Of a DNA stretch of 64,000 nucleotides, positions 27,236-37,057 are shown one piece after another. The position numbers and the translations under genes were made by a program. The notes under the pieces are model-generated. The model ran no database searches. It saw only the letters and a program-made list of their open reading frames with translations, and was not told the DNA's origin. Within the stretch, counting starts at the first letter, position 1, and each line of letters begins with the position of its first letter. Location of the stretch: the NCBI GenBank assembly GCA_964508345.1, contig CAZDTK010000009.1, forward strand, positions 14,489 through 78,488, given 5' to 3'. Origin of the DNA: an uncultured Actinomycetes bacterium. Lineage in GTDB: Bacteria > Chloroflexota > Dormibacteria > Aeolococcales > Aeolococcaceae.

Positions 27236-28075
27236 TCAGCCACCCAGCCGGTCCCCGGCGGGCAGCGCGAAGAAGCGCTGCGCGCTGGCGGTGGTCGCTG
27301 CGGCGACCTCCGCGAGCGCCACCCCGCGGAGGCGGGCCAGCGCCGCCGCGGTGTCGGCGACGTAGGCCGGGGTGTTCTCCTCGCCGCGGTGGGGGACCGG
27401 GGCGAGGAAGGGGGTGTCCGTCTCCACCAGGTAGCCGTCGGCATCCACCTGGCGGGCGGCCTCCTGGATCGACTCGCTGCGCGAGAAGGTGACCATCCCC
27501 GAGAAGGAGAGCAGGAAGCCGCGCTCCCGGCAGAGGCGCGCGTGCACAGGGTCCCCGGTGAAGCTGTGCATCACGGCGCGCACGCCGGCGACGGCCTCCA
27601 GGGCGGTGAGCACCTCGTCGTGGCTGTCGCGATCGTGGATGACCGCGGGCAGGGAGTGAGCAGAGGCCAATTCCAGCATCTGGTGGAGCGCCGCTCGCTG
27701 CACCTCGAGCGGTGTCTCGTGGTACCCGGGACGCCAGTACTGGTCGAGGCCGACCTCTCCGACACCCACCGCACGGGGATGGCCGAGCAGCTCCTCGAGC
27801 GCCCGCCGCTGGGCGGCGTCCGGCGCGGTGCGCTCGTGGGGATGCCAGCCCACCGTGAAGAAGACCCCGGCATGAGCCTCGGCGATCTCCCGGCAGCGGT
27901 CGCTGTCCTCGAGGTTGAGGCCGGGGCAGATGACCTGCACGACCCCCGCCGCGGCGGCCCGCTCCAGGGCCCGCTCGACGGCTCCGGCCCCGGCTCGTTC
28001 GGCCACCACCTGCAGGTGGCAGTGACTGTCGACGAGCGCCGGAGCACCGGCCGAGGGCGTCGCGGCGTCGCTCAT
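27236..28075 (-). CDS. tatD: TatD-family metal-dependent hydrolase
   Basis: 'LVDSHCHLQ...GEVGLDQYW...VIHDRDSHDEVL...MHSFTGD...GFLLSFSGMVTF...LVETDTPFLAP' match the TatD motifs. The ATG overlaps the metG TGA (ATGA). Confidence 0.9.
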   Translation of the reverse strand: MSDAATPSAGAPALVDSHCHLQVVAERAGAGAVERALERAAAAGVVQVICPGLNLEDSDRCREIAEAHAGVFFTVGWHPHERTAPDAAQRRALEELLGHPRAVGVGEVGLDQYWRPGYHETPLEVQRAALHQMLELASAHSLPAVIHDRDSHDEVLTALEAVAGVRAVMHSFTGDPVHARLCRERGFLLSFSGMVTFSRSESIQEAARQVDADGYLVETDTPFLAPVPHRGEENTPAYVADTAAALARLRGVALAEVAAATTASAQRFFALPAGDRLGG

Positions 28076-29634
28076 CGGCCGCCCAGGATCGCCTCGCGGT
28101 CCAGCCGGGGAAAGAGGATCTCGCCCACCCCCACCGGCTCCCCGGCGTGCAGCCGCGGCCAGGTGCCGACCGCGGCCGTCTGGTCGCCGACCAGCCCGAT
28201 GCCGAGGTCGGTGGCGACCCGCGTCGTCGCCCGCGGCACGAAGGGGTGGAGCAGCAGGGTGCTGACCCGCACCGCCTCGAGGAGCTCGGCGCAGACGGTG
28301 CCGAGGCGCGCGTCTCCGGCGCTGCGCAGCTTCCAGGGGGCGGTCTCCTCGACGTACTTGTTGGCGCGTGCCACCAGCCGGCCCACCGCCGCCAGGGCCC
28401 CGGTGAAATCGAGGCGCTCCATGGCCGCGTCGTAGTCGGGGACGGCGCTGGCGGCGAGCGCGCGCAGCTCGGCGTCGATGGGCTCCTCCCCTCCCCGCTC
28501 GGGGACCCGGGCCTCGAAGTAGCGCTCCACCATCTTCTCGGTGCGCGACACCAGGTTGCCGTAGTCGTTGGCGAGGTCGGCGTTGTAGCGGTCGACGAAG
28601 CCCTCCATCGAGAAGTCGCCGTCGCGGTCGAAGGGGACCTCCGCCATCAGCACGTAGCGGACCGCGTCGCTGCCGAACTGGTCCACCAGCGCGGTGGGCT
28701 CCACGAAGACGCCGCGGGTCTTGCTCATCTTCTCGCCGCCCAGGGTCATGAAGCCGTGGGCGTGGACCCGGACCGGCAGCGGGATGCCGGCGGCCATCAG
28801 CATCGCCGGCCACATCACGGCGTGGAAGCGGGTGATGTCCTTGCCGATGACGTGCACGTCGGCGGGCCAGAAGCGCTCGAAGAGCGCGTCGTCGGACGCG
28901 TAACCCGCTCCGGTGACGTAGGCGATCAGCGCGTCGAACCAGACGTAGACCACCTGGCTGCTGTCGAAGGGCAGCGGGAAACCCCAGTCCGAGAAGCCCC
29001 GGGAGATGCTCACGTCCTCGAGCCCGCCCTGGATCAGGTTGAGAATCTCGTTGCGCCGGGTCTCGGGGACCAGGAAGTCGGGGTGCCGCTCGAAGTGATC
29101 GAGGAGTCGGTCCCGGAAGTCGCTGAGGCGGAGGAAGTAGTTGTCCTCCTCGACCAGCTCGACGGGGCGCTCGTGCACCGGGCAGAGGCCGCCGACCAGC
29201 TCCTTCTCGGAGTAGTAGCGCTCGCAGGAGGGACAGAGCCAGGCGCGGTACCAGTCCTTGTAGACGTAGCCGGCGTCGTGGACCGCCTGCATCAGGCGCT
29301 CGGTGCTGCGCCGGTTGGCGTCGCCGCTGGTGCGGACGAAGGCGGTGTAGGAGATGTCCAGCGAGTCGTAGAGCTCGCGGAAACGCTCCGCCTGGGCGTC
29401 GACGAAGTCCTCCGGGCTCAGACCCTGCTCGCGCGCCGCCCGGAGCACCGACTGGCTGTGCTCGTCGGTGCCCACCGTGAAGCGGACGTCGTCACCGCGG
29501 AGGCGGTGGTGGCGGGCGAGGACGTCGCAGCCGACCTTCTCGTAGACGTGGCCGAGGTGGGGGTCGCCGTTGACGTAGTCGATGGCGGCGGTGATGTAGA
29601 AGGTGCCGTTCATATCCCGACGACGATGGTGCAC
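28072..29634 (-). CDS. metG: methionine--tRNA ligase (short form)
   Basis: 'YITAAIDYVNGDPHLGHVYEKVGCDVLARHHRL' (HIGH), a zinc knuckle 'CPSCERY...CPVHERP', 'KMSKTRG' (KMSKS), and an anticodon-binding domain. Ends after that domain, with no C-terminal tRNA-binding extension. Confidence 0.95.
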   Translation of the reverse strand: MHHRRRDMNGTFYITAAIDYVNGDPHLGHVYEKVGCDVLARHHRLRGDDVRFTVGTDEHSQSVLRAAREQGLSPEDFVDAQAERFRELYDSLDISYTAFVRTSGDANRRSTERLMQAVHDAGYVYKDWYRAWLCPSCERYYSEKELVGGLCPVHERPVELVEEDNYFLRLSDFRDRLLDHFERHPDFLVPETRRNEILNLIQGGLEDVSISRGFSDWGFPLPFDSSQVVYVWFDALIAYVTGAGYASDDALFERFWPADVHVIGKDITRFHAVMWPAMLMAAGIPLPVRVHAHGFMTLGGEKMSKTRGVFVEPTALVDQFGSDAVRYVLMAEVPFDRDGDFSMEGFVDRYNADLANDYGNLVSRTEKMVERYFEARVPERGGEEPIDAELRALAASAVPDYDAAMERLDFTGALAAVGRLVARANKYVEETAPWKLRSAGDARLGTVCAELLEAVRVSTLLLHPFVPRATTRVATDLGIGLVGDQTAAVGTWPRLHAGEPVGVGEILFPRLDREAILGGR

Positions 29635-30263
29635 TCCCCCCGGGGGGGCTGGCGGCGGAACTCCTCGGCCAGCTGGGCCGCGGTGCCGCGATGGAAGGTC
29701 TCGTGGACTTTAGTCAATTCCCGGGCGACGACGAGGGGGCGGTCGCCGGTGAGCGGGCCGATCAGCTCCAGGGTGCGGGCGGCACGGTTGGCGGCCTCGA
29801 AGAGCACCACCGGCAGGCCGAGCCCCAGCGCCGCCTCCACGCTGCGACGCAGCCGTCCCGGTGAGCGCGGCGGGAAGCCGAGGAAGACGAAGCCCCCGCC
29901 CCCGCCCAGGCCGCTCCCGCTGACCGCCGCGGTGACGGCGCTGGGGCCGGGGACCACGGTGACCGGGATGCCCGCACGGTGGGCGGCCGCGACCAGCCGG
30001 CTGCCGGGGTCGCTGATCGCGGGCGTGCCCGCATCGGAGCAGAGGGTGAGCCGATCACCCCTCTCCAGCCGGGCCAGCAGCGCCGGCACCCGCCGCTCCT
30101 CGTCGAAGGCGGGCAGGGAGAGCACGGGGCGGTCGATGCCGAGGGAGCGGAGCAGGATCCGGGTGCGCCGGGTGTCCTCGGCGACCACGGCGTCGCATTC
30201 GCGCAGCGCGCGCTCCGCCCGCCGGCTCACGTCCTCGAGGTTGCCGATCGGCGTGGCCAGCAC
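29610..30263 (-). CDS. rsmI: 16S rRNA (cytidine1402-2'-O)-methyltransferase RsmI
   Basis: 'LATPIGNLEDVSRRAERALRECDAVVAEDTRRTRILL...' tetrapyrrole-methylase-like fold; GTG start at 30263 (the true start could be a few codons upstream). Confidence 0.85.
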   Translation of the reverse strand: MLATPIGNLEDVSRRAERALRECDAVVAEDTRRTRILLRSLGIDRPVLSLPAFDEERRVPALLARLERGDRLTLCSDAGTPAISDPGSRLVAAAHRAGIPVTVVPGPSAVTAAVSGSGLGGGGGFVFLGFPPRSPGRLRRSVEAALGLGLPVVLFEAANRAARTLELIGPLTGDRPLVVARELTKVHETFHRGTAAQLAEEFRRQPPRGECTIVVGI

Positions 30264-30298
30264 CGTGAGCAGGGCACCGGCGGCCGGCTCCGCGTTCG

Positions 30299-31159
30299 TC
30301 AGCGGCCCCAGTCGCGCGGGTAGCGGAAGTCGCGGTCGATGGTCCGGTTGGAGAGCTTGGCGATGAGTGGCGGCCGCCGCTTGTACTGGCTGTCCCGCAC
30401 CCGCCTCCGGATCTGCTCGACGAAGGCGCGGTCGAAGCCCAGCGACGACAGCTCGGCGCGGGTGCGCCGCTCGTCGATCATGTGGTGGAGCAGGAGGTCG
30501 ACGGCGGCATACTCGAAGCCCAGCTCCTGCTCGTCGGACTGGCCCTCCCAGAGGTCGGCCGACGGCGCCTTGTCGATGATCGCGGCGGGCAGCCCGAGGT
30601 GGCGGGCGAGCGCGAAGACCTGGGTCTTGTAGAGGTCCCCGAGCGGGTTGATGGCGTGGGCCATGTCGCCATGGATGGTCCCGTAGCCGAGCAGGAGCTC
30701 GGTCTTGTTGGAGGTGCCGACCACCAGGGCTCCGCGGGCCAGGGAGATGTCGTAGAGGATCGACATCCGCTCGCGCGCCATCTTGTTACCGCGCCGGTTG
30801 CGGTCCGCGTCCGGGCAGGTCGAGAAGTAGGCGTCGATCTGGGGGGAGATGTCGACGACCAGTGGGGTTGCCCCCAGCTGGGTCGCGACCAGCCGGGCGT
30901 CGCGCTCCGACGTGGGACTGCTCGCCCGGTAGGGCATGATCACCGGGATCACGTTGCCGGCGCTCAGCGCCTGGCAGGCCAGGGCGAGCGTCAGCGCCGA
31001 GTCGATGCCCCCGGAGAGCCCGACCACGACCCGCTCGAAGCCGACCTTGCGCACCTCCTCGCGGACGAAGCCGGTGAGGATCTCGGTGACCAGGACGCAG
31101 TCGACGGCGAGTGCGTCCGGCGAGGCGGACGGGGCCGGTGCGCCGTGCGGCTCAACCAC
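30299..31159 (-). CDS. nadE: NAD+ synthetase, synthetase (adenylation) domain ORF
   Basis: PP-loop '[18 protein letters not shown]', '...IMPYRASSP...', C-terminus '[11 protein letters not shown]'. The probable GTG start at 31159 ('[11 protein letters not shown]...') overlaps the stop of the upstream CN-hydrolase ORF. The first ~58 codons of the ORF-track ORF are other-frame junk. Confidence 0.8.
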   Translation of the reverse strand: MVEPHGAPAPSASPDALAVDCVLVTEILTGFVREEVRKVGFERVVVGLSGGIDSALTLALACQALSAGNVIPVIMPYRASSPTSERDARLVATQLGATPLVVDISPQIDAYFSTCPDADRNRRGNKMARERMSILYDISLARGALVVGTSNKTELLLGYGTIHGDMAHAINPLGDLYKTQVFALARHLGLPAAIIDKAPSADLWEGQSDEQELGFEYAAVDLLLHHMIDERRTRAELSSLGFDRAFVEQIRRRVRDSQYKRRPPLIAKLSNRTIDRDFRYPRDWGR

Positions 31160-32120
31160 GCTCGCGGTGACGCAGGCGCCGGCTCTCCGCGTCCACGACG
31201 TCGTGGCGCTCGTCGCGGAGCAGGGGGTTGGCGATCCGGGCCCGGCGCAACGCCCCGAGCTCCAGGCGGTGCAGCGGGAGCGCCGCCTCGCGTCCCGCGG
31301 GCTCGCCGTCGACGTGGCCCTCCGGGTCGACAACCCGGGAGCCTCCCCAGAAGTTCACCCCGTCCTCGTAACCGACGCGGTTGCAGTAGACGACGTAGGC
31401 GGTGAAGAGCTGCGCGTAGGTGCGGGTCATGACGTCGTAGCTCTGGGCGGTGCCGAGCTCGGCGCCGCTGCCGACACCGCGGCCCGGCGACGACGACGGG
31501 CAGATGATCAGATCGACCCCGTCGCGTGCCAGCAGGTACGCGGAGCTGGGGTGCCAGAGGTCCTCGCAGATCAGGATCCCGGTGCGCCACGAGCGGCGCG
31601 GCCGCGCCGAGGTGAGCGGCGCCTCGAAGGCGCGGAACCGGTTCCCCGGGGCGACGTCGCGGGCCTCGTCGAAGAGGCCGTAGGTGGGCAGGTAGACCTT
31701 GCGGTGGACGTGGACGATGCCACCCCCCGAGAGGTAGACGGCGGCGTTGTGGAAGCGATGGTCGTCGCTCTCCAGGACGCAGCCGACCAGGCTGTCGATG
31801 CCTGTCGAGGCCTCGGCGAGGGCGGCCAGCTCCGGACCGTCGATGCGGATCGCCATGTCCGTGACCAGGTCCTTGAGGAAGTACCCGGTGAGCGAGAGCT
31901 CGGGGAAGACCATGAGGTCGGCGCCCTGCCTCTGGGCGGTGCGGATCAGCTCGAGGTGGTGATCGAGGTTGGCCGGGAGGTCGCCGAGCCGGGGCGCCAT
32001 CTGCCCGAGCGCCACCACCACGTCGCCGCGCGGTTCCGCGGCCCCGGCGGGGTCGGCGAGCGTGTCCGGCTCGGCGGCGAGCGCCGAAGTGGAGGAGCCG
32101 GCCGTCGTGGTCGTCGTCAC
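31152..32120 (-). CDS. carbon-nitrogen hydrolase (glutaminase) domain ORF of glutamine-dependent NAD+ synthetase
   Basis: Nitrilase-superfamily signatures '[15 protein letters not shown]...[17 protein letters not shown]...[11 protein letters not shown]' (Glu-Lys-Cys triad) plus the linker '...[19 protein letters not shown]'. GTG start at 32120, overlapping the dinG stop. Confidence 0.8.
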   Translation of the reverse strand: MTTTTTAGSSTSALAAEPDTLADPAGAAEPRGDVVVALGQMAPRLGDLPANLDHHLELIRTAQRQGADLMVFPELSLTGYFLKDLVTDMAIRIDGPELAALAEASTGIDSLVGCVLESDDHRFHNAAVYLSGGGIVHVHRKVYLPTYGLFDEARDVAPGNRFRAFEAPLTSARPRRSWRTGILICEDLWHPSSAYLLARDGVDLIICPSSSPGRGVGSGAELGTAQSYDVMTRTYAQLFTAYVVYCNRVGYEDGVNFWGGSRVVDPEGHVDGEPAGREAALPLHRLELGALRRARIANPLLRDERHDVVDAESRRLRHRERG

Positions 32121-34933
32121 AGGGTGGATTCTCCGCCATCGGCGGTCCCGCCCACGAATTGGGCGACCCGGGCGGCGACGCCCGAGACCGGCTCGCGCAC
32201 CATGGTGGCGGGCGGGAGGGCCTCCAGGAAGCGGCGCGCGTAGTCGCGGCTCTGGAGGCGGGAGTCGGCGATGACGACGGCGCCCCGGTCGGTCCCCGAG
32301 CGGATCAGGCGGCCGAATCCCTGGCGCAGCCGGATCACCGCCTCGGGCAGGACGTAGCCGCCGAAGGGATCGTGGAGGTCGGCGGTGCGGGCACGGACCA
32401 GGGGGTCGGTGGGCACCGCGAAGGGCAGCTTGGCGATGATCACGCACTGCAGCGCGTCACCCGGAACGTCGATCCCCTCCCAGAACGTGCTGGTCCCGAG
32501 CAGGAGGGTGCGCGGGTTCTCCTGGAAGGAGTTGAGCAGCTGGCGACGGGTGCCATCGAGGCCCTGTCCGAGGACCGAGATCTGGCTGCCCGCCAGGCGC
32601 CGTCCGACCTGGTCGTGGATGCGGCGCAGTGCCCCGTACCCGGTGAAGAGAGCCAGGGTGCGGCCCCCGAGCCGGCGGGCGATGTCGGCGGTGATGCTCG
32701 CCAGAGCCTGCTCGTACTCCGGGGCGTCGTAGGGGGGGATGTCGGTGACCAGGACGCAGAGCGCCTGGCGGAGATAGTCGAAGGGCGAGTCCAGATACAG
32801 CTCCTCGGTGCGCGCTCCCAACCCGAGCCGTTCCCGGATGAAGCCGAAGTCGCCGGCGATGGCGAGCGTGGCCGAGGTGAGCACCACCGTCCGCGCCGCG
32901 TCGAGGAGGGAGTCACCGAGGGCGGCGCCGGCGGCAACCGGGGCGTCGCGCAGCTCGGCCTGCTCCGCCCGGAGCTCCAGCCAGGCGACGTGGCCGCTGC
33001 GGCGGTGGAGCAGCACCTCGTCGACGGTCGAGGCCGCACCCTCCAGCGCGGCCGCCGCCAGGGCGAGCTCCTCCTCGCCGCGGTCGGGCTGGGGGAGCAG
33101 CTCCGCCTCGAGCCCGGAGGGGTCGGCCGCCCGGAGCTCCTCCGCCGCGCGCCGCAGCACTGTGACCGCGTGGTGGGCGTTGCGCACCAGCACCTGCAGG
33201 CGGGGTTCGGCGAGCAGGTCGTCGGTCACGCTCAGGCTCCCCGTAGGCGCGCCCCCTCCCCCGCCGAGCCGTTCGGCGAGCAGCCCCTTGGTCTCGCCGA
33301 AGAGCCGGTTGACCGCGTCACGGCCGTCGGCCAGGGTGGCGGTGAGCGCCGCGCCGGTGACCGCCGGGAGGCGGTCGAGGGCGCGGAGCACGTCGGCGGC
33401 GCGCAGGCGGTGGCCGCCGGCGTTGGTGGCGGACTCCTCGAGGTGGTGCGCCTCGTCGACGACGAGCGCCGCGTAGTCGCCGAGCAGCTGTCCCTCCGCC
33501 GGCTCGTCGCTGAGCAGGAGCGCGTGATTGGTGATGACCAGCTCTGCGGTGGTGGCGGCCCGGCGGGCGGCGACCATGTGGCAGGCGCCGCTCCGCCAGT
33601 TGGCACAGGCACTGCCCAGACAGTCGTCGCCGGTCGACTCGACGACGCGCCACAGCTCCTGCTCGGCGGCCCCGAGGTGCAGCTCGGCGCGGTCGCCGGT
33701 GCGGGTGAGGTCGAGCCAGCGCAGCAGCTTGAGCTTGAAGCGGATGGTGTCGAGGTCGGGCCCGTGGGCACCGACGTCGCCGTGCCGGAGGTGGCGGCGG
33801 AACCGGCGCAGGCTGATGTAGTGGCTGCGCCCCTTGAGCATGGCCCAGGTGAGCGGCCGGGGCAGATGGGGCTCGAGGTCGGGGAGGTCGTGGCCCGCCA
33901 GCTGCTCCTGAAGGGTGATGGTGTGGGTGGCGACGACCGCGCGGCCGCCTCCCCGCTCGATGAAGAGCGCCAGCGGGGCCAGGTAGCCGAGCGTCTTGCC
34001 CACCCCGGTGCCGGCCTCGACCAGCAGCCGCCCGCCCCGCTCCAGGCTCTGGGCGACGGCCCGTGCCATCTGCTCCTGGACGTCGCGGTACTCGTGGCCG
34101 GGACGGCCGGCCAGCGGGCCCCCGGGTCCGATCAGGCAGACCGCGGCCTCCTCGAGGGGGGCGGAGATCAGATCCACCGAACCGCCGGTCGCGGCCCCGG
34201 CCCCCGCCGGTGAGCCCGGCCCGGCGGCGCGGGCGCCGGGCGCCGCCACGTCCGGGGCGCTGGGCGGGGGGGCCGTGGGCGCAGGGGTCGTGGGCGGAGG
34301 GGCGTCGGGCGTCTCCTCCGCTGCGGCGGGGTGGATCCGCTCCTCCTCCGCCAGCTCGAAGAAGCGGGCCAGCGGGGTGTCCGCCTGGGCAGCGACCCGC
34401 CGCATCTCCTGAAACGTGGCAGGCCGCAGGGAGGCGGCGTCCACCAGGAGCCGGCGGAACAGCTCGGCGGTCGCCTGGGCGTCGCTCAGGGCACGGTGGG
34501 GCCGCTCGTGGCGCAGCCCGAGAAGGCGGCCCAGGACACCGAGGTTGTGGCTGGAGGCCGTGGGGAGCAGGATCCGGGCCAGCTCCAGGGTGTCGAGCGC
34601 GGCGCGCCGCCCGAATGTGGCGGGAAGGAGCTGGGCACAGAAGGCGAGGTCGAAGGCGGCCCCGTGCCCGACCAGGTGCGCGCCCTCGCAGAAGCCGGCG
34701 AGCCGGGCCACGGCCTCGACCGGAGAGGGCTGCCCGGCCAGGTCGGCGGTGGAGATCCCGGTCAGGCGCTGCACCGGGAGGGGCACCGGGATGCCGGGGT
34801 CGACCAGCAGCTGGAGCTCGGCCCGGGTGACGCCGTCGAGCCCGAAGCGCACCGCTCCGATCTCGATCACCCGCTCGCTCTTGGGCGAGAGCCCGGTGGT
34901 CTCGAGGTCGAAGGCGACCAGCTCTGTGGCCAT
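32117..34933 (-). CDS. dinG: DinG-family ATP-dependent helicase with N-terminal DnaQ-like 3'-5' exonuclease domain
   Basis: Exo motifs 'VAFDLETTGL...HGAAFDLAF...HRALSDAQATAELF', then a Pro/Ala-rich linker, then helicase motifs 'EAGTGVGKTLGYL', 'VVDEAHHLE', 'VLTSATL', 'GTSTFWEGIDVPG', 'IIAKLPF'. The ATG overlaps the plsC stop. Confidence 0.85.
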   Translation of the reverse strand: MATELVAFDLETTGLSPKSERVIEIGAVRFGLDGVTRAELQLLVDPGIPVPLPVQRLTGISTADLAGQPSPVEAVARLAGFCEGAHLVGHGAAFDLAFCAQLLPATFGRRAALDTLELARILLPTASSHNLGVLGRLLGLRHERPHRALSDAQATAELFRRLLVDAASLRPATFQEMRRVAAQADTPLARFFELAEEERIHPAAAEETPDAPPPTTPAPTAPPPSAPDVAAPGARAAGPGSPAGAGAATGGSVDLISAPLEEAAVCLIGPGGPLAGRPGHEYRDVQEQMARAVAQSLERGGRLLVEAGTGVGKTLGYLAPLALFIERGGGRAVVATHTITLQEQLAGHDLPDLEPHLPRPLTWAMLKGRSHYISLRRFRRHLRHGDVGAHGPDLDTIRFKLKLLRWLDLTRTGDRAELHLGAAEQELWRVVESTGDDCLGSACANWRSGACHMVAARRAATTAELVITNHALLLSDEPAEGQLLGDYAALVVDEAHHLEESATNAGGHRLRAADVLRALDRLPAVTGAALTATLADGRDAVNRLFGETKGLLAERLGGGGGAPTGSLSVTDDLLAEPRLQVLVRNAHHAVTVLRRAAEELRAADPSGLEAELLPQPDRGEEELALAAAALEGAASTVDEVLLHRRSGHVAWLELRAEQAELRDAPVAAGAALGDSLLDAARTVVLTSATLAIAGDFGFIRERLGLGARTEELYLDSPFDYLRQALCVLVTDIPPYDAPEYEQALASITADIARRLGGRTLALFTGYGALRRIHDQVGRRLAGSQISVLGQGLDGTRRQLLNSFQENPRTLLLGTSTFWEGIDVPGDALQCVIIAKLPFAVPTDPLVRARTADLHDPFGGYVLPEAVIRLRQGFGRLIRSGTDRGAVVIADSRLQSRDYARRFLEALPPATMVREPVSGVAARVAQFVGGTADGGESTL

Positions 34934-35643
34934 CACGCGGAGGGCGGCGCGACCGAGCGGTAGTCGGTGTGCCCGTCGAAGATGCCGCGGCGCGACGGGG
35001 GGAGGACCGCGGCAATGCGCTGCATCAGCAGGTCGGCGGCGTCCTGGTTGGTGAGGCGCGCCCCCTGCGGGCTCTCGTCGGGGAGGGGGGCCGCATCGCC
35101 GAAGTGCAGGTGAGCAGGTGCCCGGCGCGGCCATTTCGCGCCCAGCGGGAGGACGCGCTCGGTCCCCCAGAGGGCCACGGGCAGGATGGGCACGCCGGCC
35201 ATCCGGGCCAGGAATCCGGCCCCGGGGTGGGGACGCTGGAGCCGCCCGTCCGGGCTGCGGTGGCCCTCGGGGTAGACGAGCACGGCGTGGCCCTGACCGA
35301 TGAGGTCGAGCACCTGGCGCAGGGCGGCGCGATCGGGCGTCCCGCGGACCACGGGGAAGGCGTGGTAGCCGACGATGAAGAAGCGCCCGACGGCGGTGCG
35401 GAAATAGTCGCTCTTGGCCATGAAGTAGAGATCCCGGCGCGGGAAGTAGGCGCCGGTGAAGGGCGGGTCGACGGTGCCCGCGTGATTGCTGACCACCAGC
35501 AGGCCGCCGCTGCGAGGAACGTTCTCGACCCCGCTGACGTCGATGAGGCCCCCGACCACGAGCCGGGAGAGCCCCCGGATCACCGTCGTCATCCAGCGGT
35601 AGTTGACGTCGCGGCCGGAGGGCGCGGCGTGGGGGCGGGTCAC
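34933..35643 (-). CDS. plsC: 1-acyl-sn-glycerol-3-phosphate acyltransferase
   Basis: 'VVSNHAGTVDPPF' (the HxxxxD-type acyltransferase box, NHxxxD here) and 'VLVYPEGHRSPDG' (EGTR-like box). Confidence 0.85.
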   Translation of the reverse strand: MTRPHAAPSGRDVNYRWMTTVIRGLSRLVVGGLIDVSGVENVPRSGGLLVVSNHAGTVDPPFTGAYFPRRDLYFMAKSDYFRTAVGRFFIVGYHAFPVVRGTPDRAALRQVLDLIGQGHAVLVYPEGHRSPDGRLQRPHPGAGFLARMAGVPILPVALWGTERVLPLGAKWPRRAPAHLHFGDAAPLPDESPQGARLTNQDAADLLMQRIAAVLPPSRRGIFDGHTDYRSVAPPSA

Positions 35644-36323
35644 CCGGGACGCCCCGGCGCACCCAGCCCGGCTGCCGCGCAGTGCGAGAGGGCGAGGTCG
35701 ACCATCTCGTCGATGCCGTGCAGGCCAGTGTCGATGATCACGGCACCGGGCGCCGCCGCGAGGGCGGGGGCGTCCACCTGGTCACGCCGAACGATGGAGG
35801 AGTGCAGCGTGTCGGCGTCGATCGCCGACCCCTGGCTTTCGAGCTGAGCCGCGCGCCGCGCGGCCCGAAGAGATGCCGCAGCGTCGAGATAGAGTTTGAC
35901 CGCCGCATCGGGGAAGACCACGGTGCCGCAGTCGCGCCCGACCGCCACACCTCCACCGGCGGCCGGCGCCCTCTGCAAGGGAAGCAGGAGCAGCCGGACG
36001 TTGGACATCCGGCCGATGGCCGTGAGGAGCGCCGTGTGCCGAGGGTCGCGGATCTCGGATCCGGGATCCGCACCGTCGATGCGCACGTGCCAGCTGTCGT
36101 CGGAGGGGTCGGTGTTGACCTCGATGGAGAGATGCGCCGCAAGTCGGGCGATCTCGCCGACGTCGGCCTCGTCGAGCCCCGCCTTGACGGCGGCGGCCGT
36201 GACCGCACGGTAGAAGAGGCCGGTGTCGATGAACGGCAGACCCAGGGCCAGGGCCAGGCGCCGGCCCAGGGTCGATTTGCCGCTTCCCGCCGTGCCGTCA
36301 ACGGTCACCACGGGGACGCTCAC
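35640..36323 (-). CDS. cmk: cytidylate kinase
   Basis: 'VVTVDGTAGSGKSTLGRRLALALGLPFIDTGLFYRAV' P-loop and the CMP-binding region. Confidence 0.9.
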   Translation of the reverse strand: MSVPVVTVDGTAGSGKSTLGRRLALALGLPFIDTGLFYRAVTAAAVKAGLDEADVGEIARLAAHLSIEVNTDPSDDSWHVRIDGADPGSEIRDPRHTALLTAIGRMSNVRLLLLPLQRAPAAGGGVAVGRDCGTVVFPDAAVKLYLDAAASLRAARRAAQLESQGSAIDADTLHSSIVRRDQVDAPALAAAPGAVIIDTGLHGIDEMVDLALSHCAAAGLGAPGRPG

Positions 36324-37057
36324 GGAGGACTCATCCCCACCGCCGCGTAGAGCGCCCGCTGCTCTTCCTCGGTGAGCGGTCGGACCGCCCCCTCCTCGAG
36401 GTGGCCGAGCCGGAGCGGGCCCAGGGCGACCCGGACCAGGTCCACGACGGGGGCGTCGATGGCGGCGCAGAGGCGGCGGAGCTCGCGCTTGCGGCCCTCG
36501 CCGATGGTGACCTCGATGGCATCGTCCCGGGTGGTGCCGACCCGGCGGACCTCCTGGGGGCGGGCCAGGCCGTCCTCCAGCACCATGCCCTCCCTCAGGC
36601 GCTGCAGGTCGGCGTCGCTGAGGCCGCGGGCGACCCGCAGCCGGTAGCGCTTGGTGATCCCGTGGCGGGGATGGGTGAGGCGATGGGCGAGCTCCCCGTC
36701 GGAGGAGAGCAGGAGCAGACCGCGGCTGTCGGCGTCGAGCCGGCCCACGGGCACCAGGCCGGGCACGCGCTCGCCGAGCAGGTCCATGACGGTGAGCCGG
36801 TGATGGGGATCCCGGACCGTGGTGACGACGCCCGCCGGCTTGTTGAGCATCAGCGTCTCCAGCCGTCGCTCAGCCAGGACCGGCCGGCCGTCCACGGCCA
36901 CGCGATCCCGCCCCGGGTCGACCGTGCCGCCCAGCTCCGCCCCGGCCCCGTTGACGGTCACCCGTCCCTGGTCGATGAGGGCGTCGGCCCCCCGGCGCGA
37001 GGCGACCCCGCGACGGGCCAGGTAGCGGTTGAGCCGCTCCCGGGTGGCCGCCATCAT
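36320..37057 (-). CDS. rluB: 23S rRNA pseudouridine synthase (RluB/RsuA family)
   Basis: S4 domain 'RLNRYLARRGVASRRGADALIDQGRVTVNG' and the catalytic 'GRLDADSRGLLLLSSDGELAHRLTHP'. The ATG at 37057 ('MMAATRE') overlaps the scpB stop. Confidence 0.85.
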   Translation of the reverse strand: MMAATRERLNRYLARRGVASRRGADALIDQGRVTVNGAGAELGGTVDPGRDRVAVDGRPVLAERRLETLMLNKPAGVVTTVRDPHHRLTVMDLLGERVPGLVPVGRLDADSRGLLLLSSDGELAHRLTHPRHGITKRYRLRVARGLSDADLQRLREGMVLEDGLARPQEVRRVGTTRDDAIEVTIGEGRKRELRRLCAAIDAPVVDLVRVALGPLRLGHLEEGAVRPLTEEEQRALYAAVGMSPP

